A DNA stretch of 64,000 bases from Solirubrobacterales bacterium (GCA_051306435.1 JBPPNF010000040.1:5958-69957), one strand, 5' to 3'; shown: positions 48,086 through 57,524, counted from the first letter of the stretch. Translations and numbers: made by a program. Notes: generated from the sequence alone by a model not told the origin.

Positions 48086-48769
48086 TCAGGCCTTCAGCTT
48101 GTCCGCAAGCTCGCGGAGGTTCTTCACTTCGAGGTCAGGCTTCCTGGCCTTGGGATCGTCCGGCTTTTCTTTCTTGCGGTTGATCCAGACGGTCGGCAAC
48201 TTGGCCTTGACCGAGGGCGCGATATCGAAGTAGTAGTCGCTGCCGACGTGCATCCAGCCCTTTTTGCCGCCGATGCGACGGGCGGTCTCCGTAAAGTGGG
48301 CGGCCTCTGGCTTGTAGCTGCGCACCTGCTGCGCGGTGACGACGATGTCGAAGTCGCTGCGGATGTGGCGGCGGCTGGCGACCAGGAGCTTGTCGTCGAC
48401 GTTCACGACGAGACCCACCTGGTACTTCTTGGCGATCCGGTCGAGCGCGGCGTTTGCCTCGCGGTACGGCTTCCAGCGCACGACTGAGTCGGGCAGGAAG
48501 TTGGTGCGCGACGGCTCGAGGTCCCATTCGAGATCCTCGGCGATCTTCAGCGCCACGCGGCGGAGCACTTCGGCGTAGAGCTCGTATGAGCCGCTCATGA
48601 TGTCCTTCTGGTGCTGATTGAAAAGCGAGATCAGCGTCGGCTTGTCGCCAATGTTGAACCCGCTCCGATCAGCCTCTTTTTCGAAGGCTTCATAGACGCC
48701 GGACTCCCAGTCAATGAGAGTGCCGTACACGTCGAAAGTGATCCATTTGATGTCTTTGGGAATTGCCAT
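48086..48769 (-). CDS. HAD-superfamily hydrolase (2-haloacid dehalogenase-like, type II)
   Basis: 227 aa. Motif I FDVYGTLIDW. A hand-counted line gives about 55% GC, lower than the neighbouring genes. Confidence 0.85.
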   Translation of the reverse strand: MAIPKDIKWITFDVYGTLIDWESGVYEAFEKEADRSGFNIGDKPTLISLFNQHQKDIMSGSYELYAEVLRRVALKIAEDLEWDLEPSRTNFLPDSVVRWKPYREANAALDRIAKKYQVGLVVNVDDKLLVASRRHIRSDFDIVVTAQQVRSYKPEAAHFTETARRIGGKKGWMHVGSDYYFDIAPSVKAKLPTVWINRKKEKPDDPKARKPDLEVKNLRELADKLKA

Positions 48770-48918
48770 TCAATGATCCGCTCAGTGCTGCCAGAAACAG
48801 CTTTGTTATGGGCTATTTGCCCTGATACCGTTCCGCGCGCGCCGACGCAGGAAGACATACTACGAATCGCGTTCGGCATACCGTATTTGCGTATCACCTA
48901 ATTGGAGTAATTCCCACG

Positions 48919-50064
48919 ATGGATCTTCTCGAGTATCAAGGCAAAGTTCTCTTTGGCAAGCATGGCCTCGCGGTCTCTGACGGAAAGGCCGTGACGACCG
49001 TCGAAGACGCGCTCGCCGCTGCTGAGGAAGTCGGCTATCCCGTGATGGTCAAGGCCCAGGTTCTGATCGGCGGCCGCGGCAAGGCCGGCGGCGTCAAGTT
49101 CGCCCCCGACCACGAGGCCGCGACCGAGCACGCCAACAACATCCTCGGCCTGGACATCAAGGGCCACGTCACCCGCACGGTTTGGATCGAGCACGCATCG
49201 GACATCGAGGACGAGTACTACGCCTCGGTCCTGCTCGACCGCTCGGCCAAGCGCCCGCTGGTGATCTTCTCAACTGAGGGCGGCATCGACATCGAAGAGG
49301 TCGCCGACAAGACCCCCGAGAAGCTGATCAGGCACCACGTCGATCCGCTGATCGGACTGACCAGGGAAGACGCAATTCGCGTGGCCACCGACGGCGGCGC
49401 TGACGCTGACGTGATCGAAGGGGTCGCTGAGGCGCTCGTCTCGCTCTACAACGTCTGGATTGAAGAGGACGCGACGCTCGCCGAGATCAACCCGCTGATC
49501 ATCACCCCCGACCGTGAAGTCAAGGCGCTCGACGCCAAGGTCACGCTCGACGGCAACGCCGACTTCCGCCACCCCGACCGCGAAGGCCTCGGCGACACCG
49601 CCAACGCCGACCCGATCGAGGTCAAGGCCAGGGAACAGGGCGTCGTCTACATCAAGCTCGACGGCGACATCGGCATCCTCGGCAACGGCGCAGGCCTGGT
49701 CATGAGCACGCTCGACGTGGTCGCCCAGCACGGCGGCAAGCCCGCCAACTTCCTCGACGCAGGAGGGGGATCGGACGCCGCCAAGGTCAAGCAGGCAGTC
49801 GAGCTGATCCTCAGCAACCCGGATGTCAAGGCAGTCCTCTTCAACATCTTCGGCGGGATCACCCGCTGCGACGAAGTTGCCAACGGACTGATCGCCGCAT
49901 TTGAAGACCTCAAGCCGTCCGTCCCGTTCGTTGTGCGCCTCGACGGCACCAACGACGTCAAGGGCCGCGAAATTCTCGAAGCCGCCGCGCTGCCCAACGT
50001 GCACGCCGCGAAGACGATGGACGAGGCAGCCGCGATGGTCGCTGCGCTCGCGAAGGAGAGCTAG
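48919..50064 (+). CDS. sucC: succinate--CoA ligase (ADP-forming) beta subunit
   Basis: 381 aa. MDLLEYQGKVLFGKHGL with an ATP-grasp domain. Confidence 0.96.
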   Translation: MDLLEYQGKVLFGKHGLAVSDGKAVTTVEDALAAAEEVGYPVMVKAQVLIGGRGKAGGVKFAPDHEAATEHANNILGLDIKGHVTRTVWIEHASDIEDEYYASVLLDRSAKRPLVIFSTEGGIDIEEVADKTPEKLIRHHVDPLIGLTREDAIRVATDGGADADVIEGVAEALVSLYNVWIEEDATLAEINPLIITPDREVKALDAKVTLDGNADFRHPDREGLGDTANADPIEVKAREQGVVYIKLDGDIGILGNGAGLVMSTLDVVAQHGGKPANFLDAGGGSDAAKVKQAVELILSNPDVKAVLFNIFGGITRCDEVANGLIAAFEDLKPSVPFVVRLDGTNDVKGREILEAAALPNVHAAKTMDEAAAMVAALAKES

Positions 50065-50066
50065 AC

Positions 50067-50951
50067 ATGTCAATCCTCGTAAACAGCGACACGCGCCTCG
50101 CAGTCGCCGGCATCACCGGCCGCGAAGGCTCGTTCCACACACTCAACAACCGCGCGTACGGCACCAACGTCGTCGGCGGAATCAACCCGAAGAAGGCCGG
50201 CGAGAACGTCGAGGGCATTCCCGTCTTCGCCAACTGGGCCGACACCGTCGCCGAGACGCAGGCCAACACGGCGATGATCTTCGTGCCGCCGCCATTTGCC
50301 GCGGCCTCCGCCCTTGAGGCAGCCGAGGCCGGCGTCGAGCTCGTGGTGATCATCACCGAGGGCATCCCCGCGCACGACGAGCTCAAGCTCTACAACCAGG
50401 TCAAGCGCGACCACCCGGACGCCCGCATCGTCGGCCCCAACTGCCCGGGCATCCTCTCGCCGGGCGAGGCCAACGTCGGGATCATCCCGGCTTCGTTCTT
50501 CAAGCCCGGCAACGTCGGAGTGGTCTCCCGATCGGGCACACTGACCTACCAGATCGGCAACGAGCTGGCGCAGAAGGGCTTCGGCAACTCGACGATCGTC
50601 GGCATCGGCGGAGACCCCGTCCCGGGCAGCTCCTTCGTCGACATCATCGAGCTCTTCGAACAGGACGAGCAGACCGAACTGATCGTGATGAGCGGTGAGA
50701 TCGGTGGATCGGCCGAAGAAGAGGCCGCCGAGTACGTCAAGTCGCACGTCAGCAAGCCCGTCGTCGGCTACATCGCCGGCTTCACCGCCCCCGAGGGCAG
50801 GCAGATGGGCCACGCCGGCGCGATCGTCTCTGGTTCGGCCGGGACCGCCAAGGCGAAGGCCGAGGCGCTTGAGGCCGTCGGCATCCGTGTTGGTCGTACG
50901 CCTACGCAGACTGCTGAAATTGCGATGGAGCTGATCGGCGCGCCTGCCTGA
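50067..50951 (+). CDS. sucD: succinate--CoA ligase alpha subunit
   Basis: 294 aa. Carries SRSGTLTY and the phosphohistidine loop MGHAGAIVSG. Confidence 0.96.
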   Translation: MSILVNSDTRLAVAGITGREGSFHTLNNRAYGTNVVGGINPKKAGENVEGIPVFANWADTVAETQANTAMIFVPPPFAAASALEAAEAGVELVVIITEGIPAHDELKLYNQVKRDHPDARIVGPNCPGILSPGEANVGIIPASFFKPGNVGVVSRSGTLTYQIGNELAQKGFGNSTIVGIGGDPVPGSSFVDIIELFEQDEQTELIVMSGEIGGSAEEEAAEYVKSHVSKPVVGYIAGFTAPEGRQMGHAGAIVSGSAGTAKAKAEALEAVGIRVGRTPTQTAEIAMELIGAPA

Positions 50952-50974
50952 TCAGCTGCGCGAGCGGATGGCTT

Positions 50975-51008
50975 GAAAAGGCACGTCACCTGGCGTGCCT
51001 TTTCTTTC
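50975..51008 (+). terminator. rho-independent terminator after sucD
   Basis: Perfect 11-bp stem GAAAAGGCACG / CGTGCCTTTTC with an 8-nt loop, followed by TTTC. The A-tract/T-tract symmetry suggests a bidirectional terminator. Confidence 0.8.
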
Positions 51009-51112
51009 GCTGTGAACGTTATGTATCTTCGGCCCAAGGAGATCACTATCAGCCAACTTGAGCAAGACTTTGCGACCTGTGTCGACCTCGCGCAAGCGGC
51101 ATCAGCAGTTCA

Positions 51113-51688
51113 CTGAAGCCGCGCGCTCACTTCTACGGCGACAGCTTCACTGCCGGCCAGGGTGATCCCGAGCAGCTCGGTTGGGTCGGGCGACTCGCAG
51201 CGCGGCTCCCGGAGATCGACTTCGCCAACCATGGCGTCCCCGGCGCGCCGGGCTCGTATGTCGCGCAGACGTTCGTCAACACAACGATCGATCGGTCGCG
51301 CGTTGAACTCGCGGTCTTCTGCTTCGGCACCAACGACGCCGTCCTGCACCACCCGGCGGAGCAGTCGCTCGCGGCGCTCACCGAATCCCTTGACCGCGCC
51401 ATCCGGCACGACGTCCCGGCAATCGTGATCGGCCCACCGCCGATCGGCGACATGCCCGAAGAGGATCGCGTGCTGCGATCGCTCAGCGACGCCTTCGCCG
51501 GGGTCTGCGCCGCCCGGGATGTTCCCTTCGTCGCGACCTTCGACCGCCTTGGACCGGGCAGCACCTGGCGTGCCGAAGCCGCTGCCGGCGACGGCTCCCA
51601 CCCGGGCGCAGGCGGGTACATCGAGCTGGCCGAGTTTCTCGACGCCGAGGGCCTCACCGCCTGGCTGACGAAAATGTCATCTCGATAA
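51113..51688 (+). CDS. SGNH/GDSL hydrolase homolog lacking a canonical in-frame start (non-canonical start or frameshifted pseudogene)
   Basis: Hand translation of frame 2: ..LKPRAHFYGDSFTAGQGD (block I), GVPGAPG, FCFGTNDAV (block III) and DGSHPGAGGY (block V). The frame opens at 51062, but the first in-frame ATG/GTG/TTG is GTG 51425, well after blocks I-III. CTG at 51113 is a guess. Confidence 0.65.
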   Translation: MKPRAHFYGDSFTAGQGDPEQLGWVGRLAARLPEIDFANHGVPGAPGSYVAQTFVNTTIDRSRVELAVFCFGTNDAVLHHPAEQSLAALTESLDRAIRHDVPAIVIGPPPIGDMPEEDRVLRSLSDAFAGVCAARDVPFVATFDRLGPGSTWRAEAAAGDGSHPGAGGYIELAEFLDAEGLTAWLTKMSSR

Positions 51689-51698
51689 CCTGACGCGC

Positions 51699-52790
51699 AT
51701 GACTGTCGACGTGAAAACGATCTCTTTTGCCCGCGGCGCGCCGTCGCTCGACCTGATCCCCGTGGACGGTCTGAAGGAATCGGCGCAGAACGCATTCACC
51801 AACGACCCGGCCGGCGCTTTTGGCTACGGCACGGCGGTTGGATACCAGCCGCTGCGCGAGTGGATCTCCGAAAAGGAAGGCGTTGAGGTCGATCGCGTGA
51901 TCGTCACCAACGGCTCGCTCCACGCCTGCGCGCTGATGTTCGACCAGCTCGTGACGCCCAGCGACAAGGTCGCCATCGAGCAGCCGCTCTACGACCGTTC
52001 GCTCCTGATGCTGCGTCAGCGCGGCGCGGACCTGGTCGGCTACGCGCTCCAGTCGGACGGCTTTGACCTCGATTCGCTGGAGAACGATCTCGCCGGCGGC
52101 CTCGACCTGCGCTTCGTATACACGATCCCGCATTTCCACAACCCCGGCGGCTGCACGATGCCGCTCGAGAAGCGTCAGCGTCTACTGGACCTCGCCAACA
52201 AGCACGACTTCCTGATCATCGAGGACGACCCGTACCGCGACATCGTCTTCGACGGTGCATCGCTGCCGTCAATCCTCTCGCTTGACGAGTCCGGCGAGCG
52301 CGTGGCGTTCATGAACTCCTTCACCAAGCAGGTCTGTCCGGGTCTGCGCATCGGCTACGCGGTCGGTCCGAAGTCACTGATCAAGGACATGGTCACGGCC
52401 GGCACCAACACGTACATATCACCGGGTCAAGCCTCGGAGGCGATCCTCAACGACTACGTCCGCGCCGGCAAGCTCGACGAGTCGATCGAGGTCGTGCGCA
52501 CCGCGCTCGCCGAGCGTCGCACCGCGATGGTCGAGGCGATCCGCGAACACTTGCCGCAGGCGCAGCTTGTGGTGCCGCAGGGCGGCTATTTCATGTGGGT
52601 CGACCTTGGCGAAGGCGTCAACACCGACGAGATTGCCATCAAGGCCGCCGAGCTCGGCGTGCCGATCACTAAGGGCAGCGACTTCATGATCGAAGGCGGT
52701 CAGAACGCGATGCGCCTGGCCTACAGCGCCGTGCACCCGGACGAGATCCGCGAGGGCATCGAGCGCCTCGCAGCAATCATCAACAGCTAG
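51699..52790 (+). CDS. PLP-dependent aminotransferase, class I/II (2-aminoadipate/aromatic aminotransferase-like)
   Basis: 363 aa. Carries ISFARGAPS, and NSFTKQVCPGLRIGYAVGP with the PLP lysine. Confidence 0.9.
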   Translation: MTVDVKTISFARGAPSLDLIPVDGLKESAQNAFTNDPAGAFGYGTAVGYQPLREWISEKEGVEVDRVIVTNGSLHACALMFDQLVTPSDKVAIEQPLYDRSLLMLRQRGADLVGYALQSDGFDLDSLENDLAGGLDLRFVYTIPHFHNPGGCTMPLEKRQRLLDLANKHDFLIIEDDPYRDIVFDGASLPSILSLDESGERVAFMNSFTKQVCPGLRIGYAVGPKSLIKDMVTAGTNTYISPGQASEAILNDYVRAGKLDESIEVVRTALAERRTAMVEAIREHLPQAQLVVPQGGYFMWVDLGEGVNTDEIAIKAAELGVPITKGSDFMIEGGQNAMRLAYSAVHPDEIREGIERLAAIINS

Positions 52791-52795
52791 CTGCG

Positions 52796-53938
52796 CTACT
52801 TCGCCGCCGCGCGGGTGCCGAGCTCGCGCGCGCGGTAGATCGAGACCGGCTGGGAAATGCCCTTGAAGCGGCGTCGACCGACGTTGGTCCAGTCGTAGTC
52901 GTCGGCAAAGTCCCGCTTGACCTCGGCGGTGGTGAGCACCGCGCCCGGCTTGGCGACGTCGCTGAGGCGACTCGCGAGGTTCACCGGCGGTCCGTAGACG
53001 TCACCGGCGCGGTCGAGTGCCTCACCGAAAGCCAGCCCGACCGAGAGCCGCGGGAAGTCATCGGCCTCGCGTTCGACCGCAGCCATCAGCGCGAGCGCGG
53101 TGTCAATCAGAACCCGTGGCTCCGGTGCGATCAACATCACGGCGTCGCCGATCGACTTGATCAGGCGGACCGGCGGTTCGACCAGTTCTGCTGCCATCGT
53201 GCTCAAGCGCTCGGCGATTGCGCCGAGCTCTTCGGCCGGGATCTGTTCGCCGAGCGACGTGAAGCCGACAAGGTCCGCAAAACAGACCGCGATCGGGCGG
53301 GTGTCCGAGAGAAAGTCGATCGCCGCCTCGTTGCCGAGGATGTCTGCGCGCAACTGATCGCGCAGGTGCAGGTTGAAGAGGTGTTGCAGCACGAAGGCGA
53401 ACTCGGGTGTGGTCGCGCGGGCGATCGCGGCGTAGCGCCTGGCCATCTCTGCTTCGTCGAGCGACGGGTCGAGAAACGTGGCGAGGAACTGGCGCTCGAC
53501 CACCGCGGCCAGCTGCGAGAGCGACGCTCCGAGCATGCGGTTGATCTCGCGGATGCTCTCGATCGACATTCCCATCTCGATGTTGGCGCGGACTGCTTTC
53601 ATCGTTTTGACGTCGAGGTCGCTGTAGGAGCGCTGCTCGACATCCGGGTCGGAGAGTCCGAGGGACTTGCGCAGCTCGAGGAACAGCTGCAGATCGACAC
53701 CGGCCTGTTCGGCGACCTCTGCGGCGTTGTAGCGCGGGACGCCACCGAGCGTGCGCTCGACCGGCAGCAGGAACAGCCGCTGCTCCGCATGCGCGAGCAG
53801 AAGCTCGTCGGGGTCGACGAGCTCTTCGTCGATCAGGTAGTCGAGCAGCCGGATACGCGCGTCACGACCGTCTTCGCCGTGGACGTCTGCGAGAAGATCT
53901 GCGGCCTCGTAATCGAAGTCGGGGTGGCGCTCGCTCAA
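52796..53938 (-). CDS. class III adenylate/guanylate cyclase with helical N-terminal regulatory domain
   Basis: 380 aa. Carries VCFADLVGFTSLGE, KSIGDAVMLIA and GPPVNLASRL. Confidence 0.88.
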   Translation of the reverse strand: MSERHPDFDYEAADLLADVHGEDGRDARIRLLDYLIDEELVDPDELLLAHAEQRLFLLPVERTLGGVPRYNAAEVAEQAGVDLQLFLELRKSLGLSDPDVEQRSYSDLDVKTMKAVRANIEMGMSIESIREINRMLGASLSQLAAVVERQFLATFLDPSLDEAEMARRYAAIARATTPEFAFVLQHLFNLHLRDQLRADILGNEAAIDFLSDTRPIAVCFADLVGFTSLGEQIPAEELGAIAERLSTMAAELVEPPVRLIKSIGDAVMLIAPEPRVLIDTALALMAAVEREADDFPRLSVGLAFGEALDRAGDVYGPPVNLASRLSDVAKPGAVLTTAEVKRDFADDYDWTNVGRRRFKGISQPVSIYRARELGTRAAAK

Positions 53939-53944
53939 GGCTGG

Positions 53945-54658
53945 CTATCGGCCGTAGCGTTCTTTGGCGAGCACAAGCTGCTCAGGAAGCGCGGTGCGCG
54001 GCGGCGGCGACGGGCTGGCCAGTACCGAGACAGTCTCACCGGAAGAGCGCGACAGCGTGTGTTCGCCGTCGGCAGAGCGGTAGGCGACCTCTTCGTCGTC
54101 GACGGAGACGATCTCGCCGGCCTGGCCGGGCTCGACGCCGGTGGCCTTCAGGTAGTGCAAAAGGTCTTCGGCCTCGTTCTCGAAGCGCAGAATCGTGATC
54201 TCTGCCCCGACCTCGCAGTCCGAGAGCGGCACGCCCGTGATGCGGTCCGCAGGGTTGATCGGGTGACCGTGCGGGCAGGTCTTTGCGTCGCCGATCGCCG
54301 CGAGCATCCTCTCTTCCATCAGCGGAGACATTGCGTGCTCCATCAGCTCGGCCTGCTCGTGGACGTCGTCCCAGGGGATGTCGAGGACGTCCGTCAGGAA
54401 GCGCTCGATCAGGCGATGACGGCGGACGATCTGCTCGGCCTGCGACAGGCCGTGCTCGGTGAACTCCCACGATTTGTCGGCAAGACGGTGCACGTAGCCG
54501 TCCGCTTCCAGGCGGGCGACCATCTCGTGGACGGTCGGCGCGGAGAGCTGCATCGCCCGGGCGATGTTCGCTCCGGTGATCGGAAGCGCCACCTCCTGCA
54601 GCCAGAAAATCGTCTGCAGGTACTCCTCTTCGGCGACTGTTGCGTGGTCGTGCGACAT
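53945..54658 (-). CDS. DtxR/IdeR/MntR family metal-dependent transcriptional regulator with FeoA/SH3-like C-terminal domain
   Basis: 237 aa from the internal Met (MSHDHATVAEEEYLQTIFWL) of ORF 53945..54913. Winged HTH, metal-site residues (HRLIERFL, ELMEHAMS) and a C-terminal SH3-like domain. Confidence 0.88.
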   Translation of the reverse strand: MSHDHATVAEEEYLQTIFWLQEVALPITGANIARAMQLSAPTVHEMVARLEADGYVHRLADKSWEFTEHGLSQAEQIVRRHRLIERFLTDVLDIPWDDVHEQAELMEHAMSPLMEERMLAAIGDAKTCPHGHPINPADRITGVPLSDCEVGAEITILRFENEAEDLLHYLKATGVEPGQAGEIVSVDDEEVAYRSADGEHTLSRSSGETVSVLASPSPPPRTALPEQLVLAKERYGR

Positions 54659-54713
54659 CGGCCAGATCCTACACATCGGCTGCTGCCCCGGCACGCGGTT
54701 ACGCTGGCTCGCG

Positions 54714-55730
54714 ATGGCTGTCACCAAACGACCGGTGCTTGTCGCTCCGGACAAGTTCAAGGGGACGCTCGCCGCGGGCGAAGTGGCTGCTGCTGTGGCC
54801 GACGGCCTGGCTCGGGTTGGGATCGAATCTGACGTCTGCCGGATCGCTGACGGTGGCGAGGGAACGCTTGAAATTGTTGTTGAGGCGCTTGGCGGGAAGG
54901 TTTTTGAGTGCACGGCGAGCGACGCGCTCGGGCGCGCGGTTGGCGCCCGGTTCGCCTTGCTGGATCAGCGGACTGCGCTGGTGCAGTCGGCGGATGCGAT
55001 CGGGCTTGGGTTGTTTTCTGACGGTGAGCGCAATGCGGTTGCGGCGAGTTCTCGTGGGGTTGGGGAGTTGATTGCCGCCGCGGCTTCGGCCGGGGTGCGC
55101 GAGGTTCTAGTCGCTGTTGGCGGGACGGCTACCACCGATGGAGGCGCCGGGGCGCTGGAGTATCTGCGCGAGCAGCGACTGATCGGCAAAAGGACTGCAC
55201 TGAAGGGATTGCCGAAACTGACTGTGTTGTGCGACGTTCGGGCGGCGTGGGAGCAGGCGCCGGTTGTGTTTGCGCCGCAGAAAGGAGCAGATCCGGGGCA
55301 GGTCGCGGAGCTTGTCGCTCGGCTGGATCGGTTGGCCGATGAGCTGCCGTTGGATCCACGCGGGAAGCTGATGACGGGTGCGGGTGGCGGTTTGGCAGGC
55401 GGTTTGTGGTCGGCCTGCGGCGCGCAGTTGAAGGGCGGCGGCGCGTTCGTGCTCGATCAGGTGGATTTCCCGGCGCGCATGCGTGCGTCGCGCGCCGTGA
55501 TCACCGGCGAAGGTTCGCTCGATCGCCAGACGCTGCTCGGCAAGGCCGTCGGCGAAGTCGCAACCCGCGCGCGCCAGGCCGGCGTCCCCTGCCACGCAAT
55601 CGTCGGTCGCATGGAGATGACCGAATTCGACGCGCGCATCCTCGACTTCGAATCCGTCACTGAAGCCGGCTCGGCGAACGACGTGGCCGACGCCGCCGAA
55701 CGCCTCGTCGCGGTCCTGGCGCAGCACTAA
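54714..55730 (+). CDS. glycerate kinase
   Basis: 338 aa from the internal Met (MAVTKRPVLVAPDKFKGTLAA) of ORF 54564..55730. Carries DGGEGT and VITGEGSLDRQTLLGK. Confidence 0.88.
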   Translation: MAVTKRPVLVAPDKFKGTLAAGEVAAAVADGLARVGIESDVCRIADGGEGTLEIVVEALGGKVFECTASDALGRAVGARFALLDQRTALVQSADAIGLGLFSDGERNAVAASSRGVGELIAAAASAGVREVLVAVGGTATTDGGAGALEYLREQRLIGKRTALKGLPKLTVLCDVRAAWEQAPVVFAPQKGADPGQVAELVARLDRLADELPLDPRGKLMTGAGGGLAGGLWSACGAQLKGGGAFVLDQVDFPARMRASRAVITGEGSLDRQTLLGKAVGEVATRARQAGVPCHAIVGRMEMTEFDARILDFESVTEAGSANDVADAAERLVAVLAQH

Positions 55731-56545
55731 CTGCGTTGCATCAGGCGGCCGACCACTGCTTCGTAGACGCCGCTGCCGTGGGTCGCTTCGGTGATCGTGA
55801 CGTTCGCTGACGCGTCGACGGCGGCCTGGAGATCGGGGTTGAGAACTACGGCGTTGCGCATCAGGAAGAACTCGTCGACCACTGCGGCGACCTCGAGATC
55901 CTCGCGCGAGTCGCCGCAGGCGATCACGTCTTCGCGCGCGTAGCCGCGGATCTGCATGTGGCGCGCGACGGCCTGCGACTTGCCGGCCACGCTCGGGATC
56001 AGGTGGTAGGCGTTCAGTTGGTCGTACTTCAGTCGCTCGGACCTGCGATGAATCCGCCCGTTGTCGATCAGCCGCAGATGGCCGTGTCCGTTGTCGGCCA
56101 GGAAGACATCGATCTCCTCGGTGTCAACGACGCCTCGGAAGAGGTGTGAGACGTCGCGGTCGGTGTGCCACGGCGCGTGATACTCGAGCCGGTCATCGAA
56201 CTCGTCAAGCAGCAACGCCGGAACGCCGGCGGCCTCGATCTGCTCGAAGATGTTGCCGATATCGTTCGGCTCGAGCCCCCCGGTCAGCCATTCGACCTCG
56301 CCATCGATCACGAGTCCGCTGCCGACCTCGAAAATGTAACTGGTCTGGCCGAGCAGGCGCGCGTCCTCGAGCACCTGGGCCTGGCGACGGCCGCTGAAGA
56401 TGCAGATTTCGACATCGGCGCGCAGGCAGGCCTCGACGGCCTTGACGCCATCGGTCGTGATCCTGCCCTCGCCGTCGTGAAAGAGCGACGCGCCGTAGCC
56501 CAGCAGCGTGCCGTCGAGATCGACGTACACGCACCTAAGCGGCAT
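55727..56545 (-). CDS. HAD-IIB (Cof/sucrose-phosphatase-like) phosphatase, candidate glucosyl-3-phosphoglycerate phosphatase
   Basis: 272 aa from the internal Met (MPLRCVYVDLDGTLL) of ORF 55727..56647. Motif I DLDGT and motif IV GDSREDLE. Overlaps the gpgS 3' end by 11 nt. Confidence 0.8.
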   Translation of the reverse strand: MPLRCVYVDLDGTLLGYGASLFHDGEGRITTDGVKAVEACLRADVEICIFSGRRQAQVLEDARLLGQTSYIFEVGSGLVIDGEVEWLTGGLEPNDIGNIFEQIEAAGVPALLLDEFDDRLEYHAPWHTDRDVSHLFRGVVDTEEIDVFLADNGHGHLRLIDNGRIHRRSERLKYDQLNAYHLIPSVAGKSQAVARHMQIRGYAREDVIACGDSREDLEVAAVVDEFFLMRNAVVLNPDLQAAVDASANVTITEATHGSGVYEAVVGRLMQRS

Positions 56546-57509
56546 CGTCGCCTCTGAGCGAATCGAGCGGCGGACGCAGCTCCGGCGAGACGCCGCGGAA
56601 GGCGATCGCCCCTTCGAAGTACCCGAGGAAATCGCCGGCGTCGGCAACCTCTGGAGGCGGGTGTTCGCTACCGGCCAGCAGCGCCGAGAGCACCGCGTAC
56701 GCCATCGGTGCGAGATTTTCCAGCGTCTGGTGGCGGTTGAGCCGCTCGCCGATGTCGGACTGGCCGATCGCGTCCAGGCCGAAGCGCTTGTAGAAGTCGA
56801 TCAGCAGTTGGATCTCGACGCCGTAACCCGTGGCGAACGGGAGCGCGGTCAGCGCCGAGCGCCGCGCCGCGATCTCACCGGCCAGCGGCTGGCGCACGGC
56901 GGCGAGCTCTGGGAAGTACATGTTCAGCAGTGGGCGCGCGACGAGCTCGTTGACGCGGCCGCCGCCGCCCTCGATGCGCACTCCCGACGAAGTGAACGGG
57001 CGGTCGAACGCGCCCTTCACGAGCTGGAGCGTGGGCTCGGTGAGCAGCGGACCCGCGAGTCCGGTGACGAACGACCCGTCGAATGCCTCGGAATCGGAAT
57101 CGACGAAGACGATGATCTCTCCGGTCGCGACGCTGAGTCCGCGCCAGAGCGCGTCGCCCTTTCCCGCCGGCGCGCCGTGGTCAGTGAGCAGCTCGGATTC
57201 CTGGTGGACCTCCGCGCCGGCGGCGCGTGCACTCCGGGCGCTCCCGTCGGCCGAGTTCGCATCGATCACGATCACTTCATCGACCGCCCCGGCATCGCGC
57301 AGGCGCAGGCAGCTCGCGGCAACGCGCCCGACCGTGAGCGCGGCCTCCTTGACCGGGATCACGACGCTGATCGAGCTGTCGCCCTTCAGCTCGGCGATGC
57401 GCGCGGCGCTGTACTCGCCGCCGTCAAATGTGTTGGATCGGGCCCACGCTTCGGCTCGTGCAAGCTCCGCGCGAACGGCTGGCTGCGTTGATGTGATCCC
57501 CTCGCTCAC
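56535..57509 (-). CDS. gpgS: glucosyl-3-phosphoglycerate synthase (GT81)
   Basis: 324 aa. Long collinear similarity to my recollection of mycobacterial GpgS (GKGDALWRGL, FVDSD, GGGRVNELVARPLL, LPFATGYGVEIQLLID, GLDAIGQ). Confidence 0.88.
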   Translation of the reverse strand: MSEGITSTQPAVRAELARAEAWARSNTFDGGEYSAARIAELKGDSSISVVIPVKEAALTVGRVAASCLRLRDAGAVDEVIVIDANSADGSARSARAAGAEVHQESELLTDHGAPAGKGDALWRGLSVATGEIIVFVDSDSEAFDGSFVTGLAGPLLTEPTLQLVKGAFDRPFTSSGVRIEGGGGRVNELVARPLLNMYFPELAAVRQPLAGEIAARRSALTALPFATGYGVEIQLLIDFYKRFGLDAIGQSDIGERLNRHQTLENLAPMAYAVLSALLAGSEHPPPEVADAGDFLGYFEGAIAFRGVSPELRPPLDSLRGDDAA

Positions 57510-57524
57510 AAGAGCGAGCGTAGA

